A DNA stretch of 64,000 bases from the NCBI GenBank assembly GCA_903866625.1, contig CAIPOI010000008.1, positions 2,652 to 66,651 of the forward strand. Direction: 5' to 3'. Within the stretch, counting starts at the first letter, position 1. Each line of letters starts with the position of its first letter. Below the pieces are notes generated by a model. The model saw only the letters and a program-made list of their open reading frames with translations. It made no database searches and was not told where the DNA came from. The DNA is from an uncultured archaeon. GTDB taxonomy: Archaea > Nanobdellota > Nanobdellia > Pacearchaeales > GW2011-AR1. Below are positions 35,901 through 42,818 of this stretch, piece after piece. Both the position numbers and the translations under genes were made by a program.

Positions 35901-37097
35901 GCTTATAACTTTACTTCACTTGCTGATGGAACTTATTACTTGAATGCAACTGCTTGCGATCTTGCTAATCAATGCAACTCTACAGAAACAAGAACAATAA
36001 CTATTGATAGTGTTGCTCCAACTATAACCTTTATCCAAACCACACCTAATAACAATAGTTATATGGATGCTTCACCTTCAGGAGTTTTAACTGTTAATGT
36101 TTCTGCAACTGGAACTCTTTCAACTATAACTTTTGATTTGATAAATTCTTCAGGTTCACATAACTTTACAACTTACTCTGGTGCTCAAGCTCTTAGTGTT
36201 AGAGGATATTCTTGGGTTATACCTGCTGGAGCAGATGGAACTTATACTTACAAAGTAAATGTTACAAAGACTAATGGTTTAAGTGCTACATCTGCGGTTA
36301 GAACTATAAATGCTCTGCCTTCTTGTTTAGAGCAGTGTTCTGAAGGCGCAGAAAGTGATTGTAATATTACTTTAGATTGTTACTTATTCAGTACTCTTTG
36401 TACTAACTCTGTTTGTGACTTTAGAAATTTAGAAGTTGGAGCAAAGATTAGAACACTTTATGATCCTACTACTGGAGATGCTCTTAATTTAGCTATTAAT
36501 TTAAGTGGAAATCTAAGTTTTGTTTATGGTGCAGGAGAAATAATCTTCTCAGGAAGAGAGGGAAGTGATTTAGGAACAGGAAGTGCTGGTGGAGATGCTT
36601 CAATTGTTAATATAACTGTAGCTAATCTTTTGAATACTCGTTACGCTGTGTTTAAGGGTCTTGGTGGAAAATCAACTGCTGCAGCTACTAATGGTGGAAA
36701 TGGTGGAAGTTTAGTTTTGAATTACAGAGGTTTGATTGGAAATTTCAGTGATGCTGCTGATTTAGGTAGTTACTGGGATGATAATCTACAAGACTCTGTA
36801 AACTATGCAGATAATGCTCCAGCTATGACTGGTGGAGCAAATGCTCTTGATGCTGTTACAGGAAGCACTGGAACAATAGTTTACAATAAAAATATTGATT
36901 GTACTGTTCAACTAAGAGATGCGGATATAACTGGGGATGGTCTAATTGGTGCTGCCGACTGGGGAATAATACAAGAGGATTATAATGATAGGAGCGGAGT
37001 AGATTCAAATTACTCAGCAGCTTATGATATTAATTGCGATAATATCTTGAATATCAAAGAAATTGCTAAGATAGGATTCCAAGTTGGAACAAGATAG
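29949..37097 (+). CDS. Giant membrane-anchored surface protein (2382 aa): Cys-rich repeats, 2x LamG, Ig-like repeats, C-terminal dockerin-like module
   Basis: Uninterrupted ORF. N-terminal basic motif MVFKKYSVKNGKKYGPYLYHNERVGEKVVTSYVGRG, then a TM helix. S/T/E-rich linker. EF-hand loop DLDGNGKIDYIE. More than 10 copies of the G-x2-C-x(4-9)-C-x-SGYC-type motif. Two LamG modules. Ig-like repeats ending T-I-D-S-x-x-P. Dockerin-like C-terminus. Confidence 0.85.
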   Translation: MVFKKYSVKNGKKYGPYLYHNERVGEKVVTSYVGRGKEEKSRRLSSPLIAFVLVLAFLVLALVFFVLYKSSPTGFVSLEVQPQYNLGENLNGIVNFNFKKGELIPSDSKILISLGSQSKEVSLASLIDDHIISGDYYAEQHPLNGAGEGYGVIGEKISYPTIDFELLIKNQEESSETSSSTDSSETSAPETPTTEEIQTTETSEQTTETLTQENTETSTISTSPETTESSEASSFESSSSTDSSSSESSSDSDSSSSSDTSSSESSSSSDSGSSDSSGGDSGGITGNVIEENEFTVSGSVSNGENFEYNLDDGRSAEFVPGSAKINGESVDDSLISIRESSGKLIASTDYTIKEEGFGRDYLGNFGLSLPIDLGKLGITAEQGILNIEIIAQDSAIAHSEQIIGIRPESIPTNTSLEFVKDIPQQRIKSGDSIELNLREYFTGAEQYAFEANNITAKIDDSSGLITLVADEGFKGAKKAKIIAIKGSEQVESNEFNILVSSGAINIDTTHTPIKVGEEVKWTQKINLETPEAITIDLPKDAENVNISKLDVNLEQVPVSETNVESSDSGFSLTGNVVIDIELHNQPRIITILKNFFSGMTGNVIEGQEEVNAETSITPTETQEVTITDASTQYTVEYTTPAPTAEEISTREGKQVTVSAEDSLGYKDVLAYANIPEVYSVGQENSIKIYWANNDSYLPFDAYDLDGNGKIDYIEWIVPHLSNQTFEIILITKAMQLDSNKNVVQDIYNLVGKKDGVSAYISEQNYIQVMFEQNLTLGKDMTVYAKGIGMIYVYNVNSNDPIGEISVNSPDIKEYKIYPSYTFGDSYDLKITGNIEVDYIVDPIDCSSYGFSDCQANSLCTVNTDPNICSSYGSYESCSGASDFGCSPSMNGDCSIYGGTGMDSDCYNNPGCSADYTQSCEGLGENDCGVGSYSSCTPVPFDCGTFSNIDDCNMQSGNGCVSNTDSCSNLAYPDCTSVTGCSDYSDHCEGTYLTSCSGGNFASCSGTYAGSYNNNCLNNPGYFISCSGDYFTGCSGTIYLNGDSGCSSSPNNCEDGTSCISYSDSTICTNGAEGSACNSNGVCTSGYCSAPIGICTNGSVNSGCIDSSSCVGGLCASNNKCGGLVGDSCETVSCQTGYYCGIYTCTTGETGSECNDNGDCISQSCSDGYCISPDPALIAKYSFENNADDSSGNNNNGIWGGVQSSIAYTTGVSGQAASFNSETYVNASITGIPTGSQPRTYAFWINYAQDENTIMFSQGTTSSNDAFYMFRYGPNNGDISGKMVVGIWGSGSYNGVSLSTVSTNEWHHVVVSYNGTYVDFYLDDVLQSSQAATYSTSSGNLFIGKFDPEQYNSYLFVGAMDEFQVYNYALSSSDVTTLYNSYSSTPALIAEYDFENNANDALGVNNGTWAGEGNLNQYAAGVSGQAAYFDGASYITTPLTISSIPLTVSGWFYITSTEPGNQWLLGADDGNGNTVGVDLWYNQFQNFYGTGYENTGVYITPNTWTYLTYTINSSESKLYVDGQLAYTGSAGESPSSTAVTIGANGNAASKVNGYIDEYKVYNYVLTAEEINTSFNSLAVLGCMNSSAINYNPSANIDDSSCTGRIGDSCDPSSDPSTQCVSGYCSGSSFVCSSGEIGVSCDDIYNQAWQCSSSRCVDGYCAAALAGHGESCALIECSQSPDGQICNTYDYTCTWGQIGEPCNTGDECPYASNICGSNNLCGANNGDLCSGGEPCQSSYCLDDSLAGYTGSGAICSDKSIGSPCSTTNQATECSSGYCSGEPGVCSLKSNGVPCSADGECSSGVCGTNNLCGITLGTTCDDNSKCQSGYCGYGDGRVCTTGENGQGCTSGGNDQCISGICNELYYDNFFCVGSDGQDCTINEYSGLGYCNSTYCGSDSKCTDKQIGSHCGNATDCDSQICISNICASDTIYPQVSFATGTPDDASSQSRTSIYADVNVVEDNFANLTIYLYNTSLVSSQTFTNSVRAYNFTSLADGTYYLNATACDLANQCNSTETRTITIDSVAPTITFIQTTPNNNSYMDASPSGVLTVNVSATGTLSTITFDLINSSGSHNFTTYSGAQALSVRGYSWVIPAGADGTYTYKVNVTKTNGLSATSAVRTINALPSCLEQCSEGAESDCNITLDCYLFSTLCTNSVCDFRNLEVGAKIRTLYDPTTGDALNLAINLSGNLSFVYGAGEIIFSGREGSDLGTGSAGGDASIVNITVANLLNTRYAVFKGLGGKSTAAATNGGNGGSLVLNYRGLIGNFSDAADLGSYWDDNLQDSVNYADNAPAMTGGANALDAVTGSTGTIVYNKNIDCTVQLRDADITGDGLIGAADWGIIQEDYNDRSGVDSNYSAAYDINCDNILNIKEIAKIGFQVGTR
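30087..30152 (+). other. N-terminal transmembrane helix of giant protein 1
   Basis: PLIAFVLVLAFLVLALVFFVLY, preceded by KEEKSRRLSS (positive-inside rule). Confidence 0.7.
30463..30795 (+). repeat. Ser/Thr/Glu-rich low-complexity linker (coding)
   Basis: ESSETSSSTDSSETSAPETPTTEE...SSSSDSGSSDSSGGDSGG, built from reiterated TCT/AGT/GAA/ACT codons. Confidence 0.85.
32481..33455 (+). repeat. Cys-rich repeat array 1 of giant protein 1
   Basis: Dense Cys spacing, for example GSACNSNGVCTSGYCS, GDSCETVSCQTGYYCG, GSECNDNGDCISQSCSDGYC. Confidence 0.75.
33468..34100 (+). other. LamG/ConA-like domain 1
   Basis: PALIAKYSFENNADDSSGNNNNGIWGG...GQAASFNS...WHHVVVSYNGTYVDFYLDD...GAMDEFQVYNYALSSSDV. Confidence 0.75.
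34101..34670 (+). other. LamG/ConA-like domain 2
   Basis: PALIAEYDFENNANDALGVNNGTWAG...GQAAYFDG...WTYLTYTINSSESKLYVDG...GYIDEYKVYNYVLTAEEI. Confidence 0.75.
34686..35719 (+). repeat. Cys-rich repeat array 2 of giant protein 1
   Basis: GDSCDPSSDPSTQCVSGYCSG, GVSCDD...CSSSRCVDGYC, GSPCSTTNQATECSSGYCSG, GVPCSADGECSSGVCG, GTTCDDNSKCQSGYCG, GSHCGNATDCDSQICISNIC. Confidence 0.75.
36918..37085 (+). other. Dockerin-like double calcium-loop module at the C-terminus of giant protein 1
   Basis: DADITGDGLIGAADWGIIQEDY ... YDINCDNILNIKEIAKIGF: two D-x-D/N-x-D/N-G-x-I...D/E loops, each followed by a helix. Confidence 0.55.
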
Positions 37098-37130
37098 TTG
37101 TTACCTCTCCAGAGTAACATTAACCAAAGA

Positions 37131-37138
37131 TTTATAAA
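37131..37138 (+). promoter_or_regulatory. TATA-like box
   Basis: TTTATAAA starts exactly 29 nt upstream of ATG 37160. Confidence 0.5.
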
Positions 37139-37159
37139 CTGAGATTTCTCTTTATTTTT

Positions 37160-37987
37160 ATGAATAAAAAATCTAGTTTAAGAGCTTTAACAGCAGCAGG
37201 ACTTATAGGTTTAGCAGGAGTTCTAACTTCTCAATCTGCTAAGTCTAATGTTATTATTGGCTATACGGTTTGTGATACCAACAATGTTGATGTAGGAACA
37301 AATCTTGTTGTAAATACACCTTATAGGGTTGGAGTTTATTTAGATTCTACTCCAGAATCTACTGTTGGAATAAATAATGCTGATTGGGATATTTTATTAC
37401 CTTATGGGGGAGGTTATACTAATTATCTAGCTGTTACTGGAGCTTCTTTACCTAATCATAATACTACTGAAGATTTCTTTTATAATTTAAGTATGAATTC
37501 TGGTTTGAATAGAGTAGATTCTACCCCCAATAGTCTTGGTCAACTTGACGACAATTGGAGAGATGTTAATGGAACAACTTCTGGAAGAACAAATGCTTGG
37601 GGATATCTTGGATGGTTGAATGTTACTTTTACTAATACTTTTACTAATAAAAAGTTTACCCTCTCTGCAGCACATGTAACTGATACTGCTGGACAATCAA
37701 AGGCCATAACCTACAACAACCCTTATCTTAATGTCAACGCGATACCAGAACCAACAACTGCTGCTTTGTACTTAATGGGTGTGCCTGCAATAGTTTATGC
37801 AGCGAGACGCAGAAGAAAAGAACTTAATTTAGAATCTGAAACTGATAGACAGGTGTCTATTGAAGCTCGAGTTGCAGAAGCAGAACTTAATAAAAGAAGT
37901 AAAATAAGAGATTGGCAACAACAAATTGGAAGAAAATGCAGAAGATATTCTCCTTCGGTTGAAGTTGCTTTGCCTCAAGCAGCGTAA
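37160..37987 (+). CDS. Secreted protein with internal PEP-CTERM-like anchor and ~55-aa basic cytoplasmic tail
   Basis: Signal-peptide-like N-terminus LRALTAAGLIGLAGVLTSQSAKS. AIPEPTTAALYLMGVPAIVYAARRRRKE at 37742-37819 has the form PEP + hydrophobic helix + Arg cluster. The ORF then continues for ~55 codons. Confidence 0.65.
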   Translation: MNKKSSLRALTAAGLIGLAGVLTSQSAKSNVIIGYTVCDTNNVDVGTNLVVNTPYRVGVYLDSTPESTVGINNADWDILLPYGGGYTNYLAVTGASLPNHNTTEDFFYNLSMNSGLNRVDSTPNSLGQLDDNWRDVNGTTSGRTNAWGYLGWLNVTFTNTFTNKKFTLSAAHVTDTAGQSKAITYNNPYLNVNAIPEPTTAALYLMGVPAIVYAARRRRKELNLESETDRQVSIEARVAEAELNKRSKIRDWQQQIGRKCRRYSPSVEVALPQAA

Positions 37988-38088
37988 TTTTAGTTTAATC
38001 TTTAATTTTTTATTCTTATCATTTTTCCGACGGGAAACTTTCTCAAACCCAGAGAAACCTTTAAATATGCCTTTTGTTTAATATATTC

Positions 38089-39345
38089 ATGAAAAAAGAG
38101 ATGAATAAATTTGGATTAGTCTTAGCACTATTTTCCTTTGCTTTGCTTATTTTAGTTTCATCTTCTTTATCTTTAGTTTCTGCTCTTACAATTTCAACAA
38201 CTGATTATAGTCCTACAGTTACGGGAGTAAAAATATCTGACTCTGTAAACTTATATTCTTATGAAATAAATTTTGTAGTTGTTTCTGGAACTCCAAGTTT
38301 AACTTTTGCAGATGCTTTAGCAAAAGATGGAGCTACAACAACAAATGGTTATGAATTAAAAGAAATTAACGGAGCAAATATTCTTGCAGTTTATGAATCT
38401 ATTCTTGATCCTGAGAGTCCTGGAGTAAATCTTAGTGATGATTATGTTTTTAATATAACTCATTCAGGTACAATAACCCTAAGACAGATTATAGATGTGA
38501 ATGGTCAACAAAGTGAAGATACAGATAATTTATGCACTGAAACTTTAACTTGTGGGGATTGGAGTACTTGTGTTGGTGGAGTTCAATCGAGAACTTGCCA
38601 GTCTTTAACTTGCCACTATGATAATACTACTGAGAATCAAGCCTGTTCTGCTACTGTAACTAATCCTTCAGGAGGAGCGGGTGGTGGAAGTTCAACAACT
38701 CAAAATATAAAAATAGAATTTGGAGTTCCAAATATTCAAGAGTCTGGATATGTTGAAGTTCCAGTTACAATAAGAAATGCTGGAACAATTCCTTTTAATG
38801 ATATAACTTTAACTTCTTATCTAATGAAAAACGGCCAAGCTATTAATGGAACAACTAAATTAACTAAGACAAATATTGCTTCTCTTTCTGCAGGAGCTAA
38901 GGAAGATTTGACTGTTTCTGCAAATATAAAAGAAAACGATGTTAATTTTTATGAATTAGTTGTTAAATTTGATGCAAAATCTCCTGTTTATAGTGATTCT
39001 AATAAAGTTTTATTTACTTTTGTAGGTAAAGAGGGTGGAAAGGTTTTGAAGGTTGTAGCATTTACTTCCGGACTTATCGATGAGCATCCTGAATGTTTAG
39101 AATTAAAAGATATGATTCTAGAAGCTCAATCTGAATTTAATAAAGGAAATATACAGTTAGCCTTACAAATGGCAAATCAAGCAGTAGATGCTTGTAAAAA
39201 CTATCTAGAAAGCCCATTAAAACCTGTGATATCTCAAAAACAATATGATAAAATTCCCTTGTATCTTGGAATTGGAATAACTGCTGCAATTCTTTTAGGA
39301 ATTATTTTTAATATCTATCGTACTTATTATTTTAGAAGAAGATAG
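38089..39345 (+). CDS. Membrane-anchored surface protein: possible cohesin-like N-domain, TSP1-like Cys motif, CARDB-like domain, C-terminal TM anchor
   Basis: ATG 38089 is preferred over TTG 38074 because the TTTAAATA box at 38060 lies 29 nt upstream. CTETLTCGDWSTCVGGVQSRTCQSLTC; VEVPVTIRNAGTIPFNDITLTSY; C-terminal IPLYLGIGITAAILLGIIFNIYRTYYFRRR. Confidence 0.7.
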   Translation: MKKEMNKFGLVLALFSFALLILVSSSLSLVSALTISTTDYSPTVTGVKISDSVNLYSYEINFVVVSGTPSLTFADALAKDGATTTNGYELKEINGANILAVYESILDPESPGVNLSDDYVFNITHSGTITLRQIIDVNGQQSEDTDNLCTETLTCGDWSTCVGGVQSRTCQSLTCHYDNTTENQACSATVTNPSGGAGGGSSTTQNIKIEFGVPNIQESGYVEVPVTIRNAGTIPFNDITLTSYLMKNGQAINGTTKLTKTNIASLSAGAKEDLTVSANIKENDVNFYELVVKFDAKSPVYSDSNKVLFTFVGKEGGKVLKVVAFTSGLIDEHPECLELKDMILEAQSEFNKGNIQLALQMANQAVDACKNYLESPLKPVISQKQYDKIPLYLGIGITAAILLGIIFNIYRTYYFRRR

Positions 39346-39385
39346 ATTAAATTAAAGCAATATATTGTAATAAAAAGAGGGTTTT

Positions 39386-40402
39386 ATGATTAATTCACCA
39401 AAACGAGACGAACAGAAATCAGTAGTAGAAGATAAAGCATTTAATAATAAAATTAAAACTTGCTCTGATAAGATTCTTCTTTTAAAAAAGGAGATGAGTA
39501 AGGCTGTTGTTGGTCAAGAAACTATCATAAATGCGCTGATAAGGGCTTTAATCTGTAATGGACATGTTTTAGTAGAAGGAGTTCCAGGAGTTGCTAAAAC
39601 TTTTGTTATAAAGTGCCTTGGAACTGTTTCTGGTTGCGAGGTTAAAAGGGTTCAGTTTACAGTAGATTTGTTACCTACCGATATAACGGGTCAAACTATC
39701 TATCATCAGGGAAAGGGCTTTGAGTTAGTTAAGGGACCTGTTTTCGCAAATTTTCTTATTGCAGATGAAATAAACCGATCTCCACCAAAAACTCAATCGG
39801 CCTTACTAGAAGCGATGCAAGAAAAACAGGTAACTGTTGGAAAAGAGACTTTAGATCTACCAAAACCTTTTTTTGTTATGGCTACCCAAAATCCTTTAGA
39901 ACAAGCAGGAGTTTATACTTTACCCGAAGCACAAGTAGATAGATTTATTTTTAAATTAATTATGGGTTATCCTACTAAGGAACAAGAGAGAACTATTCTT
40001 AGGCAGAATACTGATTTAAGCAGTTTTGATAATTTTGATTTAAAAAAAATAGTTTCTCCTAAGGATATTCTTGAAATGCAAGAACTTGTAAAAAAAGTTT
40101 ATATCAGCAAAGAAATTGAGGAGTATATTATTAATATTGTTGCTCTAACCCGTAGTAAACAAGGAAGATTAGCAAAATATATTGATTGGGGTGCCTCTCC
40201 AAGGGCGAGTATAAGTTTATTTAGTGCCGCAAGAGCAGAGGCTTTTATGAACTCAAGAAGTTTTGTTATTCCGCAAGATGTTAAAAAAGTTGCACATGAT
40301 GTTTTGAGACATAGAATTTTGCTTAACTATGAAGCAGAAGCAGATAATATAACCTCTGATGCCCTTATAGAAGAGATACTAAATGAAATCCAAGTACCAT
40401 AA
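39386..40402 (+). CDS. moxR: MoxR-family AAA+ ATPase
   Basis: GHVLVEGVPGVAKT (Walker A), FLIADEINRSPPKTQSALLEAMQE (Walker B / sensor), VMATQNPLEQAGVYTLPEAQVDRF. Confidence 0.92.
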   Translation: MINSPKRDEQKSVVEDKAFNNKIKTCSDKILLLKKEMSKAVVGQETIINALIRALICNGHVLVEGVPGVAKTFVIKCLGTVSGCEVKRVQFTVDLLPTDITGQTIYHQGKGFELVKGPVFANFLIADEINRSPPKTQSALLEAMQEKQVTVGKETLDLPKPFFVMATQNPLEQAGVYTLPEAQVDRFIFKLIMGYPTKEQERTILRQNTDLSSFDNFDLKKIVSPKDILEMQELVKKVYISKEIEEYIINIVALTRSKQGRLAKYIDWGASPRASISLFSAARAEAFMNSRSFVIPQDVKKVAHDVLRHRILLNYEAEADNITSDALIEEILNEIQVP

Positions 40403-40407
40403 TTCCT

Positions 40408-41310
40408 ATGAAAAATCTGAATGTAGATTTTCCTAGAGCAGTAACCCATTTTGAGGCTGCAATGAAATCTCAACTTCTTATAAAAACTGTTTTCTATAAG
40501 AGAATATTTGGTGGCAAGGGTTTTGAATTTGATTCTTATAGGATGTATTCTCCTGAGAATGATGATGCTGGATTAATAGACTGGAAAGCAAGTATGAGAA
40601 ACCCCGCTAAAACTTTGGTGAGACAGTATGTTGAAGAAAGAGATCTTAGAATATTTTTAGTAGTAGATGTGGGTGATAATATGATCTTTGGTTCTGGCAA
40701 CAAATTAAAGAACGAAGTCGCTGCAGAAATAACTGCGGCTTTATGTCATTTGGTATTAAGCTCGGGAGATAGTATTGGTGTGGTTTTATATAGTGATAAA
40801 CTCGTTAAAATTATTCCTCCTTCGGGAGGTATGGCTCAATTTCATGCAATTGTAAAGGCACTTAAAAATCCTAATAACTATGGCGGTAAATCTGATATGA
40901 AACGAGTTCTAAAATATTTATTACCCAGTTTAAAAAATATTTCTGCAGTTTTTATTTTATCAGATTTTCTTAATTTAGATGATGAAACTCTAAAAACTAT
41001 CAAAACTTTTTCAAGTATTTATGAAACTGCGGGCATAATGCTTAGAGATAGAGTAGATTCTTCCCTCCCAAATATTAAGAATGAAGTAATTGTAGAAGAT
41101 ATTTATACTGGCCAGCAAAAAATTATAAATCCCTCTTTAATCCGCGAACAATATCAAGCTTATTCTAATGAGCAGAAAAACAGGATTATTAATGTTTTTA
41201 AGAAGACTGGCTCCGATATCTTAGATTTATCTACAGATGAAGATTTTGCTATAAGTCTTTCAAAATTCCTTAAAAATAGAGCTAAAAAAAGAAAATTTCG
41301 CAACAACTAA
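40408..41310 (+). CDS. DUF58-domain protein (MoxR partner)
   Basis: YRMYSPENDDAGLIDWKASMR is the DUF58 signature, followed by a VWA-like fold (FLVVDVGDNM). Lies 5 nt after moxR. Confidence 0.85.
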   Translation: MKNLNVDFPRAVTHFEAAMKSQLLIKTVFYKRIFGGKGFEFDSYRMYSPENDDAGLIDWKASMRNPAKTLVRQYVEERDLRIFLVVDVGDNMIFGSGNKLKNEVAAEITAALCHLVLSSGDSIGVVLYSDKLVKIIPPSGGMAQFHAIVKALKNPNNYGGKSDMKRVLKYLLPSLKNISAVFILSDFLNLDDETLKTIKTFSSIYETAGIMLRDRVDSSLPNIKNEVIVEDIYTGQQKIINPSLIREQYQAYSNEQKNRIINVFKKTGSDILDLSTDEDFAISLSKFLKNRAKKRKFRNN

Positions 41311-41397
41311 TGTTGTTTTAGCAAGAATCTTTAAGGAAGAAGAATTAAAAAGAGAGGATAACTGATAATATTAAGGTAATAAAATAAAAGAGGAAAA

Positions 41398-42321
41398 ATG
41401 TTTATTATATTTACTAGGCCGATGTATTTGTTTTTTATTTTAGTCATACCTCTGATAATCTTTTTTCATATAATCTCAATTACACTTTCAAAAAGAAAAG
41501 CTATTAAGTTTGCTAATTTTGATGCTATATCTCGAGTTCAGGGTTCAGATGTTTTCTCGAAAAATTTAACTTTACTCTATATTCACTTAGCTGTTGTGCT
41601 TTTAATTGTTTTATCAGTTTCTGGTACAAGTCTTGTTGCTTCTGTTGAAGCTACAGATCAATCTTTTGTTTTGGCTATAGATGCTTCAAGAAGTATGTCT
41701 GCAACAGATATTGCTCCTACTCGAATGGAAGTTGCCAAGGTTGCAGCAAAAGACTTTCTTAAAATGATGCCCCCACAAACAAGAATAGGAGTCTTATCTT
41801 TCTCAGGTACAACTTATATCGAGCAAGATATGACTAATGATGAATATTTAGTAAGGTCTGCAATTGAAAATATAAATATAAAAAACGTGGGCGGTACAGA
41901 TTTTTTGAGTATGTTCGCAGCGGCAACAAACATGCTTAGAGATGAAGAAACAAAAAATGTTATTTTAATAAGTGATGGTTCTGCTAATCTAAATGATATT
42001 CAAACCATTAATGATTATTTACAAAAGAATAGGGTTGTTGTTTATTCTTTAGGCGTAGGAACCTCTGAGGGCGGAAGTGATAGTTCTGGTGGAGAATTTA
42101 AGCTTTCAGAGGATACACTTAATATAATTTCGGAAAATAGCGGTGGTAAGTATTATAACATCAATAACTTGGAGGATTTTTATTCTTCTTTTAACGAAAT
42201 TCTTAGTCTATCTAAGAAGAATATAGTCTTTGATTTGTCGCTTTATCTAATGATTGGCGCATTATTACTTTTTGTTATAGAATTCATACTGATGAACACA
42301 AGATTTAGAACTCTGCCTTAA
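41398..42321 (+). CDS. von Willebrand factor A domain membrane protein (BatA-like)
   Basis: N-terminal TM helices, MIDAS-type FVLAIDASRSMSATD, ILISDGSAN, C-terminal TM helix. Confidence 0.85.
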   Translation: MFIIFTRPMYLFFILVIPLIIFFHIISITLSKRKAIKFANFDAISRVQGSDVFSKNLTLLYIHLAVVLLIVLSVSGTSLVASVEATDQSFVLAIDASRSMSATDIAPTRMEVAKVAAKDFLKMMPPQTRIGVLSFSGTTYIEQDMTNDEYLVRSAIENINIKNVGGTDFLSMFAAATNMLRDEETKNVILISDGSANLNDIQTINDYLQKNRVVVYSLGVGTSEGGSDSSGGEFKLSEDTLNIISENSGGKYYNINNLEDFYSSFNEILSLSKKNIVFDLSLYLMIGALLLFVIEFILMNTRFRTLP

Positions 42322-42721
42322 ATTTCTTACTTTTTGTTAAAAATATAAATTGATTTGCCATAGCTATAGCGTCTTGTTTTGTCAGTGTTGTTCCAGAATA
42401 GAGTAAATAATCCATTCTGTTACAAAAATCTGCTAGTCCGGACTCTTTTTTTTGTTTTAGTATTTCTGAAATCTCAGGGTAAGTAAGTTCTGCTTTTAAT
42501 TTTAAATAATTTTTAAAAAAGTTTTTAGCTAGTTTATTTAGAGATTCTAAGCTATCTTTAGGTGTTTCAATCTTTTCCTTCTTACTCTGAATTTCTGCAT
42601 AGGCCCTTTTAGCCTCATTTCTTTCTTTTATCTTATTCCTGTTTTTTATTAATAGAAGCAAGGCAGATAGAATTAGAGCGATAATCAACAGTATAATCGG
42701 TAAAATCCAAGCAGTATTCAT
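42305..42721 (-). CDS. Hypothetical N-terminally anchored protein (possibly DUF4129/DUF4381-like)
   Basis: 138 aa. TM AWILPIILLIIALILSALLLLI, then a helical domain with LTYPEISEIL...RMDYLLYSG. Convergent with the VWA gene, overlapping it by 17 nt. Confidence 0.45.
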   Translation of the reverse strand: MNTAWILPIILLIIALILSALLLLIKNRNKIKERNEAKRAYAEIQSKKEKIETPKDSLESLNKLAKNFFKNYLKLKAELTYPEISEILKQKKESGLADFCNRMDYLLYSGTTLTKQDAIAMANQFIFLTKSKKFKAEF

Positions 42722-42818
42722 TTTGTTCCTCTTTGTTTCTACTAAAAGTTAAGGATAGTATAAAAACCTTTTGAACTATTTTGATAAGATTTAAATAAGT
42801 ATTTTGACATTATATTCT

